Positions 1 through 9,741 of a DNA stretch of 64,000 bases are shown piece after piece (position 1 is the stretch's first letter; each line of letters opens with the position of its first letter). The position numbers and the translations under genes were made by a program. This stretch comes from an uncultured virus (IMG/VR IMGVR_UViG_3300031247_000001) (Duplodnaviria; Heunggongvirae; Uroviricota; Caudoviricetes), in the IMG/VR virus record IMGVR_UViG_3300031247_000001; one strand, 5' to 3'. Under the pieces are notes generated by a model. That model ran no database searches, was not told the DNA's origin, and saw nothing but the letters and a program-made list of their open reading frames with translations.

Positions 1-2
1 TG

Positions 3-170
3 GCCCATACCGATCTCACGTACACCGAGTCCGGGTACATCGCGAGCTATGAATGGGGCATCGGCTTCGACAGCGAGAACCAGGGGACCGACAACGAGTT
101 CTACAAAGTGGCGCTCGAGGCTTCGAGAGAAGCGTATGAAGAAGAGTACGACGAAGACGCCCCGCCATGA
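3..170 (+). CDS. Partial acidic hypothetical protein (5' truncated by the window edge)
   Basis: Open frame to TGA 168-170, overlapping the next ATG (ATGA). Confidence 0.6.
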   Translation, partial: AHTDLTYTESGYIASYEWGIGFDSENQGTDNEFYKVALEASREAYEEEYDEDAPP

Positions 171-700
171 AGCTTCGCGACGCAGCCCGCTGCGGCAAGG
201 CCGCTGAGGCGATGGTCGATCGCATCAACGCTGCGATCGAAAAGCTCAAGGCGCGCGAGGCAGCGGTGCTGAAAGCGATTGAATCGCTCGAGGCCGTGAA
301 CCCTGCGCTCGAGAAGGCGTTTCAGGAGTGGAATGATCTCGCCGAAGAGCTCGATCCGGACGGGGAGATCTCCATGCCGGTCTCGAGCGTCGCGCCGAGC
401 TTCGACCTCCCGAACCTCACCGAGGCGATCACGGGGGCGTTCTCGGACGCGCGCGAGGAGCTCGAAGCGGAGGTCGGTAGCTTCGAGGAAGTGGTCCAGA
501 ACGCGGCCGACTACGAAGAAGAGCCTGAAGAAGAAGAGGACGACGAGAACACGGAGGAGTTCGTGTTTACGTGCGACCACCCGGGGTGCAAAGCAGAGAT
601 TGAGGCGCCGTCGGAGGCACAGGCGGAGAGCGCAGCGCGGGCGGCTGGGTGGGACATCGAAGACGAGAAGAAGTCTTGGTGTCCGAAGCACGTGCCGTAA
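167..700 (+). CDS. Hypothetical coiled-coil/acidic protein with C-terminal CDHPGC...WCPKH zinc-finger-like domain
   Basis: 177-aa ORF; stop lies 14 bp before CRISPR array 1. Confidence 0.7.
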   Translation: MKLRDAARCGKAAEAMVDRINAAIEKLKAREAAVLKAIESLEAVNPALEKAFQEWNDLAEELDPDGEISMPVSSVAPSFDLPNLTEAITGAFSDAREELEAEVGSFEEVVQNAADYEEEPEEEEDDENTEEFVFTCDHPGCKAEIEAPSEAQAESAARAAGWDIEDEKKSWCPKHVP

Positions 701-714
701 ATGGTCGGAGTGGT

Positions 715-1623
715 GTCTCGGCTTCCGTAGGGGCCGAGCTCCCTTTGCACGAGAGCCTAGAGCTGCTCGAGCTGCGCTGGCCGGCCGTTGTCTCGGCTTC
801 CGTAGGGGCCGAGCTCCCTTTGCACTTCCGCAAAAGCGTCCGCGTCGGTCGGTTCCTCCGCCTGTCTCGGCTTCCGTAGGGGCCGAGCTCCCTTTGCACA
901 CCAGGATGCGGCGATTGCCGCGCGTCTCTTCTCGTCTCGGCTTCCGTAGGGGCCGAGCTCCCTTTGCACCAGGGGGCGCAGGGGTTTCAGGGCGGCGGCT
1001 TCCAGTCTCGGCTTCCGTAGGGGCCGAGCTCCCTTTGCACAGCCAGGGGACGCCGGCGCCGACAGATAGGACCGCGTCGTCTCGGCTTCCGTAGGGGCCG
1101 AGCTCCCTTTGCACGGTCCAAGGTCGCGGCGCGGATCGAAGGGCGGGCGGGGTCTCGGCTTCCGTAGGGGCCGAGCTCCCTTTGCACACGAGCTCGGGTT
1201 GGTGGGGATGTTAGCGCAGGCCGCGTCTCGGCTTCCGTAGGGGCCGAGCTCCCTTTGCACCCCTAGACGGGCTCGTGGCCACCCCGGTATGGCTCGTCTC
1301 GGCTTCCGTAGGGGCCGAGCTCCCTTTGCACGTCGAGCTCAACCGCCGGTACGAAACCGAGCCTCCGCAGTCTCGGCTTCCGTAGGGGCCGAGCTCCCTT
1401 TGCACTTTTCGTCACGTCGTGGGTTTGGCAGTTCCGCGGCAAGTCTCGGCTTCCGTAGGGGCCGAGCTCCCTTTGCACCAAAGGGCAGGGGCGAGGCGAG
1501 GCGAACTATCCGCCTGTCTCGGCTTCCGTAGGGGCCGAGCTCCCTTTGCACTCACGACGTCGGAGTGGGGCCACGGTGGAGGATCTCGTCTCGGCTTCCG
1601 TAGGGGCCGAGCTCCCTTTGCAC
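715..1623 (-). CRISPR. CRISPR array 1: 13 identical 36-bp repeats, 12 spacers of 34-39 bp
   Basis: Minus-strand repeat GTGCAAAGGGAGCTCGGCCCCTACGGAAGCCGAGAC with CTCGGC/GCCGAG hairpin; orientation from leader position and cas gene strand. Confidence 0.98.
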
Positions 1624-1680
1624 TTGTCCTGTTGTCATAGAGCGATTCCGCACACTTGCGGAGCGGTTTGCGAGCGGTTC
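1624..1680 (-). promoter_or_regulatory. Leader of CRISPR array 1
   Basis: 1626-1680 matches 19396-19450 (array 2 leader) at 53/55 bp. Confidence 0.9.
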
Positions 1681-1708
1681 GTTCGGAACGCTCCGAACGC
1701 CCCAATCA

Positions 1709-4700
1709 CTAGCTGATTTCCCGGCACATTCCCACCGACCCTTCGGGCGTCACCTCACCGCTCGCATCGGTGAGCTTTTTGGAGCGGGCTTGCGTGAGGT
1801 CATCGACCTGCCGCTGCAGGTCGCAGATGCGGATGGCGGTGTCTGCGCATCCAGGATACTCGGAATTCCAGTCGACCGCGTCTTTGGTTGTAATGTCGAG
1901 CCCCATCGGGGCCAGGTACTCCCGTAGATCTTGCAGCGTCGCGGTGCGCTCCAGGTTGCCGTCTCGGATGACTAGTTGGGTGGTTGAGTTTTGCAGGCGA
2001 AGTGAGATCTCGCCTGCGAGTGTTCGGGAAGAAGACAAGGAAAGTGGCCTTTCATAAGCTGCCCTTCGATCGAAACCGATCTCTCGGCAGAACACCCAAG
2101 ACCCCCGTCGTCGCCTCGCTGAGCCCGTCGTAGGACTCCCACTCGATCGTGAGCACGCGTGCGGGCCCGGTGATGGCGACCCCGTCGCCGAGGGCCACGC
2201 CATGAGACTGCCCGCACTCGCAAGAGCGACCCTTGTCGATGATCTGCAGCACGTCGTCGCAGCGCGTGCAGTTGAGGAGCTTCATCGGCTGGCGCTTCAT
2301 TGGAGCTCCAGCCAGAGCTTGCGGTAGAGCCGCACCTGGAGCTGCTCGTTGCCGCGGATCTTCCCGATCCGATTAAACTCCCCGATCGCCTTCTCGCGCC
2401 CGCGCCAGAGCACCTGCTCGTGGGGCTTCAAGCGGAGCACGTTGCCCCCGGCCTTACTGAGCTCGGTCCAGAGCCACCCAAAGCGGCGCTTGAGGGCCTC
2501 GCGGCATTCGTACTCCCAATGCGTCGCTGTCTCGGAACCGGTACGCGCGCGGGCGGCGGTCATGGGAGGGGCTCACGCTTCGAGCAGTAACGCTTGACGA
2601 GGGCTGAGATCTCGGGAGCCGGGTCTTCGGTCCGCACCTGGATCTCTTCCAGGGACGCGCTCTCGAGCGCCGCAAACACTTGCGGACGCTGGGATTGAGC
2701 GACGAGCAGGATGAGCCGGGCGTCCTTCAGGCGCTCGATGGCCGCGCGATAGAGGCGCGCCTCAGGGCTCGTCGAGTATGGCCGGAGGATCGAGAAGGCC
2801 TCGATCGCGGAATTCAGGTCAGAGAGGATTCGCGAGTTAGCCATTGAGCCTCGCGATCACGGTCGAGAAAAAGAACCACAGAAAGCTCACCGCGCCGATG
2901 GGCCAGATCAGCATCCCTCGCAGGAACTCCCCATTCGTCAGGGCCCCGTCGAGGAGATCGTTCGCGATGAGCATGGTGAGGCAGCCGATGAGCAGGTAAG
3001 CGGCAACGCCGAGGCAGATCCAGGTGATCATGAAAGCTTGATACTCCTCTCCTGCGCCGGGTCTTCCCCGGTGAGCTCGGTCATCACCACACCCAGGTCT
3101 CAGTGGCAGGGCCAAGGAGTTGCGAGATCTTCTTCTGCGTGTGCCGCTCTTCGTCGAAGGGCTCCACCTTGAACAGCTTGAGCGGCGGATAGAGCCGCAA
3201 CTCGAGCTCCGCTTGTGCGATGGCGTCGGCCGCCGTATGCGCCGATAGGATCCGGACGGCGACGTTCGGTTGATCGAGCAGGTGCGCCTGCAATGCTGGC
3301 GACGGCGACGCGAAGCACACGAATTTCGGAATGATTGCTCGATAGGTCACGAGACCCACGCTACACGAGACAGTTCCGAACTGTCAACAGTTTACGGATC
3401 TGGCTGTTTTCCCCTGCGAAGCTCAGTGAAGAGCCGCACGGCCATCACGAGTTTCTCCTGGAAGTCGCGCTCGGCGGCCGCGAGCGCAAGCCCGACGCTC
3501 GCTCCGCACCCGGCCCCCGCCGTGTGCTGGCCCTCGCCGCTCGTCAGGCCGTGCATGTGGATGAGCGCGGTCCACTCTGGCGGCGTCTCCTTGTCCTGGA
3601 TGTCGCGGTAGATGACGCGCACGCGGATCTTGCCGTGCGCCATCTGCCAGTGGACTTCCTTGGCAGTCGCCGTCGACTGCCGGAACTCCCATCCTCGCCA
3701 CCAGAATTTTTCGTGGGCTGCGATCCGCTGCGTCATCTCACTCGGGAAGCTCGACGAGCGAAGACCCCGTCGAGAAACCGAGCTCGATGTTTCCGTTGTC
3801 GGTCGCGAAGGTCACTGACCCACCGGTCGAGTTGTCGGTGACGCTCTTGACAGTCGCAAACTCCGTGCTCGGCGGGATCGTGTGCCCGTCGATCTGAATG
3901 CGCGTCCCGCCCGAGTTTTGCACGCCGAGCGATCGGCGAAAGCCGCCTTCCATCACGAAGGTGATGCTGAGCTTGTCGGCGGGGACGAAGCAGCTACGGA
4001 TTTTCTTGCCGATGAGGTTGTCGAAGTTCATGGGGTGGGTCCTTGGGTGGTGCCCTGCGGGCGACTTTTTCGAGTGAGCTTCGCTCGCCGTCGTTTGTTA
4101 CAGTGAGCGCATCTGCAGGAACCATACTCTTGCGGCAGTAGCCCGCACAAGAGGCAGAGCGCACCGGGCCACGCGCGACGCTGCTCGGGGGCTGAGGGCT
4201 TCGGAGATCGCGGTAGCCGCGCGCGAGCACCCCAGACGACGTGCATCGATCCGGCGGCGCCGAGCAGGGGTGCGAGTTGCAGCCTGAGCGAGGTAGCCTG
4301 CTGAGCCTCCTCGAACAGCTCCACGAGGGCACACTCGGGGCGATCCGGATCTCGCTCGTCGACAGAGTCATCGGCGCAGGGCTCTTGCTCGGGAGCATCG
4401 CCAGGGGCGCAGCCAAAGCAGCGACCTTTGTTCGTGGGCGAGATCAGCGTGGCGTCCCAACAGGAGCGACAGCGCCCGAGTTTGGCTCCCTCGAGAGTCA
4501 TGGCTTCGGGGCGCTCCGGAACCGGTCGTGCATCTTGCTTTCGGCGTCCAGCATCGCCTCTTCGATGGTGTCTCCCCACCCCGTCACGTATTGAGGCGGC
4601 TCCTGGTGCTGGCCGTCAGCAGGATCCGGTCGTTCCCGGAGAGCGTACCATTCCCCGGTCACCGGAGTTGTCATGGGGTGCCTATTACAATGCGTCATGG

Positions 4701-4872
4701 TGCCCCGATAAAAGTTCGGGTAGGCGAACAGCATCAGCGTGCAACTCACGTCTGGATCGCCGACGTTCCCCTTGAGGAAGCGGATGCTCATGTTGAGGTT
4801 CGTGGTCTGGCGTGTGTAGCGCTGCCAGGCCTTGATGATGCGACCAAAGATCACGTCGGTGCTGGTGGACAT
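1709..4872 (-). other. Run of about 10 small, translationally coupled hypothetical ORFs (e.g. 2052-2300, 2297-2563, 2560-2844, 2837-3031, 3084-3359, 3392-3736, 3738-4031, 4028-4501, 4498-4872)
   Basis: Abutting or overlapping stop/start codons typical of phage early regions; no recognisable family. Confidence 0.65.
3367..3387. promoter_or_regulatory. Operator-like GAGACAG-N7-CTGTCAA overlapping a minus-strand TTGACA -35 box
   Basis: Same arrangement at 18160-18180; related sites at 21402-21430, 23491-23519 and 40067-40098. Confidence 0.65.
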
Positions 4873-5885
4873 CAGAGTAGCCCTCGGCCTGGGTTGTCTT
4901 GGAAGAGGTTCGCTCGGCGAATGTAGCCACGGAAGCTCTCGTAGCTCTTGTGCCGGGAGTGCTGCATGATCTGCCACTCCGCGCGCCCCGCGCGCGCGGC
5001 TTCCGTGATGAATCCTGCCCGAAGCGAGTGCCCGCTAAACTCCACTCCAGGCTGGTCCGGCGCGATCCCGGCTTTCCGCGCCCAGGTCTTCACGACCTCG
5101 TTGATCTCACGGTCGGGGATCCGCTCGGGCACGAGTCCTCCGAAGTACGTGCGCGCGAACAGCGGATCGTCGGGCGCCGCGTGCGAAGAGGCCTCGAGCC
5201 AGGCGCGTAGCGCGGCGACCGGACAGAGGTCGGGGTTCTGGGCGGGCTCGATGGGGATCGAAGCGCCCAGGCCCTCTTGGTCGGTCTTCGAGCTCGCGAT
5301 CGTGAGCACGAGCCCTTCGGTTGTAAACACGGCGTGCCGCCGATCGAAGCCCGCGACTTCGCTCCGCCGAAGTGCGCCGGCCCAGCCGACGAGGAGGAGC
5401 GCCTTGTCCCGCAGGGCGATAGGGTCGGTCGCCGGCATGCGAGCGACGATCTTCTCGAGGTGCCGCACGAGGAGCGGCGGGGCCTGCTCGGGAGCCACGC
5501 GCAGGGTGTTCTTGACCTTCTGGACGTGCTGCTGCACGTGCACCGATTGCCGGGGCGGCACGTAGCCCCTGACCTTGTGGTAGTGCGAGATCGCTGCCAT
5601 GGCCCGCTCGATGGTGGCGGGCTTCTGGGAGCCGCCAGGACGCTCTGGATCGGCCAGGTAGGTCACATACAGGATCACGGTCTGCGGGGCGGCAGGGAGC
5701 GGCCGGTGCCCCCAGGTCTCGCACCAGGCACTGAACCGCTTCCAGTCGCCCTCGTAGGCCCGCTTGGTGTTGGCCGGCGTCCCCGCCCGCTGGAACTCCA
5801 AGCTCCGCGCGTAGAGCCGCTCGGCCTCGAGCCGTTGGGGCGGCGAGAGGTGCAGGGGATCGGGGCGGCGGAGGGAGTCGCTCAC
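4872..5885 (-). CDS. Tyrosine recombinase/integrase, Cre-like
   Basis: RDKALLLVGWAGALRRSE (R), SKTDQ (K), GHSLRAG (HxxR), SRHKS...GY (H, Y); N-terminal SAM-like domain. Confidence 0.95.
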   Translation of the reverse strand: MSDSLRRPDPLHLSPPQRLEAERLYARSLEFQRAGTPANTKRAYEGDWKRFSAWCETWGHRPLPAAPQTVILYVTYLADPERPGGSQKPATIERAMAAISHYHKVRGYVPPRQSVHVQQHVQKVKNTLRVAPEQAPPLLVRHLEKIVARMPATDPIALRDKALLLVGWAGALRRSEVAGFDRRHAVFTTEGLVLTIASSKTDQEGLGASIPIEPAQNPDLCPVAALRAWLEASSHAAPDDPLFARTYFGGLVPERIPDREINEVVKTWARKAGIAPDQPGVEFSGHSLRAGFITEAARAGRAEWQIMQHSRHKSYESFRGYIRRANLFQDNPGRGLL

Positions 5886-6545
5886 TTAGGTGGAGGATAC
5901 CGCCTCTCGAGGGCTTGAGCGAGCGCGCCGTCTTCGATGTTGTAGAATTCACCCTCGAATCCGCCGCCCATGTTTCGAGGGGAGTCGAGGGCGTTGAAGA
6001 GCATTTGGCCTAGGCGTAGCTGTGGGGCGCGAAACCAAGCAGCGGCGACTCGACGCAGGGCGGCGACCTTGCCTCGGGCGGTAGTGGCGCGATCCGGAAG
6101 CGCAGGATCCGCTGGGAGCTCGTCGAGCTTTTTCAGGTAGGCGCGCTCGAGTAGCTCGATAGGCAAGGCATCGGCGATGCGCTGCAAGTCGGGATCGTCG
6201 CCCCAGTACTGCATTTCCTTGATGAGGCGCGTCACGTCGTCGCTGGAGGTGATGAAGGTCAAGATGGTGTCTCCGGGTACTCTTCGAGCAGCACCTGCAT
6301 GACGGTGGTGGCTTGGGCGAGTGCGTCGAGGTGGTTTGATCCCTTTGCGTAGTTGACCAGTCGCATCGGATATTCTCCCCGACGCATTCGTCGATGGCGC
6401 TCTTCGCGCGACATTTCTCCGGGATGGGTAAACGTAACGACTACCTCGCCCTCGCGGAGGGCTGGTTTATAGGTCCAGCCGCGCGCCGTCCACTGCTCCA
6501 AGATCTCGAGGATGCGGAGGGCTTGTTCGGGGGTGGGAGTGGGTT

Positions 6546-7079
6546 TCATACGCGGCTCCGTTCGAGGCGATCGTGCCCGCCTGCGGCGATCTCTTCGAAG
6601 AGTGTATCGAGTTGCATATGGACGGCCCAGCGTTTGTCGTCACCGCAGGCATCACCCATTAGCCGGATCACGACCTCCTCGAGGTCCTGCCATCGGCGCC
6701 CTTTCCACAGTGAATCGCTCAGGGCAACGATCAACTCTTCGGCTGAGCAGGACATGTGACGCCACTGCGCGTGAGTGAGGCAATGGCGCGCGAGCGAGAT
6801 GTCGATCTCCCGGGACACGAGATCGTAGCCAGCGCGCTCGTGCAGGTTACCTGGCTCATCGATCTCATCAGGGTGCAAGATTTTACCGGCATCGTGCAGG
6901 ATTACTCCGGCACGCACTCGATCATCTCGGATTGAGTCGATCTCTAAGTGGAGCAGCTTGTCGAGGATCAACTCGGCGGCTTCCATGACTAGTTCGACGT
7001 GACGCATCAGACGCGGGGGTGGCCCGAGCACTAGGAATTTACGCCAAATCGCTGCAACATAGTCGGAGTCTGGGTTCAC
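6546..7079 (-). CDS. HD-domain metal-dependent phosphohydrolase
   Basis: RHV...ILHDAGK...HE..G...H...ALSD motif. Confidence 0.85.
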   Translation of the reverse strand: MNPDSDYVAAIWRKFLVLGPPPRLMRHVELVMEAAELILDKLLHLEIDSIRDDRVRAGVILHDAGKILHPDEIDEPGNLHERAGYDLVSREIDISLARHCLTHAQWRHMSCSAEELIVALSDSLWKGRRWQDLEEVVIRLMGDACGDDKRWAVHMQLDTLFEEIAAGGHDRLERSRV

Positions 7080-8533
7080 GACTTCACCACCTGCAGATTT
7101 CGGCGCCTCAAGATCTTGCCCACCTGCCGGATGCGCGCCTCGTAGTCGGCGTCTACTTCCTGCTCGTCGTCCTCCCAGCCGAGCTCGGCCTCGAGCAGCG
7201 TGCGGAGCTCACCGAGGTTCTGGGAGTCGGTCGAGGCGTAGCCGAAGTCGCCGAGGGTCTCATTGCCCTCGGCCTCGTCGGCCGCGTACAAGATCTCCAT
7301 CGCGAACTGCCGCGCTTGGTCGGGCTTCATCACCCGCTGGCCCTTGATCTCGACCGTGACGTGGTGCGGATCGGCCGAGACGAGCAGCGAGAGCAGGGTG
7401 TTTAGCGTGACGACGTTGTCTTTTTTCTTGGGAGGCATTCAGATTACCAGCAGGTGTAGTCGAAAGTCCGTGATGAGCCCCGGCGCGCCCTTGAAGCGCT
7501 CGAGATCGGCCCCCGCGAACACGATGCCCTGGGAGGTATCGTCGCGCAGCATGCGCGCGATGTAAGTGTCGGGCCAGTCGGAGATCTCACGCGAGCCGAA
7601 CTTCTTGTCGACCCAGAGCGTTTTCGGTCCGCCCGAGCCCGAGCAAAAGCCTCGCCGGTGGTGATACTGCTCGCGCACGTACTCGGGCAAGTTTTTGGGA
7701 GCGGTATCGCCAATCGCGATGGCTTCGGTGTTGGTGGTCCACCAGATGAGGAGCTCGTTCTTGGGGGCGGCGGGCGGTGTCATCCGGCATCCTCTTCCCA
7801 AGATCCGCCGCAGATCGGATCATCCATGGGGATTCTCGTGCTGCCCGCGCAGAGCTGCATCGTGGCCTTCTTGCCAGGCCCAGGCCTTGATCTCGTCCAG
7901 CTCCCGAGGGGAGGTCCATTTTTGCTTGAGCTGATGGAGCTCTTGTTCGAGCTCGGCGATTCGAGCGTCGGCGAGCTGAAGCTCGCGCTGAATCTTGCTC
8001 ACCCGAACCCCCGAATCCTCGCATGCCGGGTCGCCACGCGCACAGCACGGCAAGAGACCTTCGCGCCGCCATGGAGCGTGAGCGTGACGTTTGCTTTGCG
8101 ATCACTCGGACAGAGAAACCACCAGGCGAGGGTTGCCAGATCCCACCAGCGGAGGGAGACGACGAGCCAGACCGAATCGTCGGCGGAGCTCACGAGGGCC
8201 AGATCCTTGGTGCCAGCGAGGTCGAGCTCGATGCTTTTGAGTGCGCTCAAGAGTGCCTCCGGATCCCGTCGTGGAGATTGTAGTGATCGTTGAAAAACGG
8301 CACGTCGCTAGCGATGCAGAACCATTCGTGCCCGTGGCGTTTGCGTCTCCCGCAGCCCTCGCAGAAACTCGCGGCCTCGACCCGATCGAGGCGCATGATC
8401 TTCCGCACCGTCGATCGAAATTCGGCAACGCGCGCCCTCTGGCGGAGCAGGTGACACGCCCAGTAGGCCAGGAGGTTCCCGATGATCGCGAAGGCGCCTG
8501 CGCGGTGAAACTGAAACACGGCTTCGGTGTGGG

Positions 8534-9706
8534 TCATGCGGATTGCTGCTCTTCTTTCATCTCGATGGGCTTCCAGGTCACGCGCGAGAGCACGGCCTTG
8601 TTGATGCCCTTGTACGTCTCGTGCTTCTTGCACCTCCCCTTGATGGCGAAGCGCATCCCCTGCATGTCGGGCTTGGGCGCGATCCCGGTCGCAAACCAGG
8701 TGAGCTCGTGCCCCGCGTCCGTGCGGAAGGTGCAGATCGCCTTGCTCGTGTTGAAGCGCTCGTCGTGGTGCAAGTAGTGCCGGATGAGCGTCACCTCGCC
8801 CTTGAAGACTTCGCCCTTCTCGACCGCGAAGCCCTCGGGGCGGAGCGGCGCGATCTTCTTCTCGACCTGTTTACCGAGGAAGCGGTTGTAGGCCGCCGGC
8901 GCGCTGGCGAGAAGCCCAGCGTGCTTGCCGATGCCCGGGGCCTTGACGGCGAGGGAGAGGTTCCAGAGGTACTCGGAGGCGTGCTCGCCGGGGCTGGCGG
9001 CCCAGGCGACGATGGCGTGGGCGGCCTCGATCTGGTCTTCGGTGGGCTGCTCTTCCTCCCATTGCTTGGGGCTCTTGGCGGCGAGCGGATGCGGTGGGTT
9101 AGCGAGCCACCAGGCGTCGTCCTTGGTGGCCCCAGGCTCGCTCGCCTTCACGAAGCCATAACGCTCGGTAGAGGCCACCGCGCACGCAACGAACGCCAGC
9201 GGCGCGACCTCCCAGTACCCGCCGTACCCGCCCCAGTGCTCGTCGTCGGTCTCCTCGCCGATGGCTTTGACGAGCTCGGCGAGCGCGACCATCTTCGAGG
9301 GATCGGTCATCAGGAAATCGGCGAGGCAGTTCCGGCCGATCTGGATGAGCGCGACGCCGTACTGGCGGAGGAGAAACGTCTCCTTCCGCGAGCGCTTCTT
9401 GCCGCAGTGAGAGCAGAGCGGCTCGGCGTGGCGCCAGGACTCGTCGAGATCGTGCGTCTCGCCCGGGCCGCGCACGACGAGGTTGCCGTCCTTGGTGTGC
9501 TCGATGCGAGCGGCAAACTCGTAGCCGTTCACGGCGGGGAGATCGCCGATGGTCAGGCGCGCGCAGGTGAGCGTGCGCTTGTCGTCGATGAGGGTCGTCG
9601 TGCCCGGGACTTCTTCGCAGAGCACACCGGCCGTGCGCGCGAGCTTGTCGAGGCGCTTGTAGACCTTCGGGAGGGCTTCTTGGGGGACGAGGAGCGAGAG
9701 CGTCAT
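8534..9706 (-). CDS. Phage-type hypothetical protein with CxxC...C zinc site and possible C-terminal OB-like domain
   Basis: CSHCGKKRSRKETFLL...QIGRNCLADFL; 390 aa. Confidence 0.6.
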   Translation of the reverse strand: MTLSLLVPQEALPKVYKRLDKLARTAGVLCEEVPGTTTLIDDKRTLTCARLTIGDLPAVNGYEFAARIEHTKDGNLVVRGPGETHDLDESWRHAEPLCSHCGKKRSRKETFLLRQYGVALIQIGRNCLADFLMTDPSKMVALAELVKAIGEETDDEHWGGYGGYWEVAPLAFVACAVASTERYGFVKASEPGATKDDAWWLANPPHPLAAKSPKQWEEEQPTEDQIEAAHAIVAWAASPGEHASEYLWNLSLAVKAPGIGKHAGLLASAPAAYNRFLGKQVEKKIAPLRPEGFAVEKGEVFKGEVTLIRHYLHHDERFNTSKAICTFRTDAGHELTWFATGIAPKPDMQGMRFAIKGRCKKHETYKGINKAVLSRVTWKPIEMKEEQQSA

Positions 9707-9714
9707 GGTGGATG

Positions 9715-9741
9715 CTACGCGGGCGAAGCCGGAACCTTCCC
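9715..9741 (-). promoter_or_regulatory. GGGAAG-N16-CGTAG promoter motif (first of 9 copies)
   Basis: Recurs upstream of many start codons; see findings. Confidence 0.75.

Noticed and set aside
1188..1224. Array 1 spacer (translating CANIPTNP) resembling 61022-61050 (CATLPTNP) as self-targeting
   Set aside because: Only 19/29 nt identical, too low for targeting. At most a hint of a related virus. I saw no exact self-match for any spacer, but a manual scan is not exhaustive
101..1705. Many repetitive ORFs (CKGSSAPTEAET, VQRELGPYGSRD) here and at 18185-19589
   Set aside because: They are translations of the CRISPR repeats, not genes
6546..7079. HD protein as a Cas3-HD or other cas gene
   Set aside because: Short stand-alone HD protein far from the arrays, with no helicase or Cascade genes
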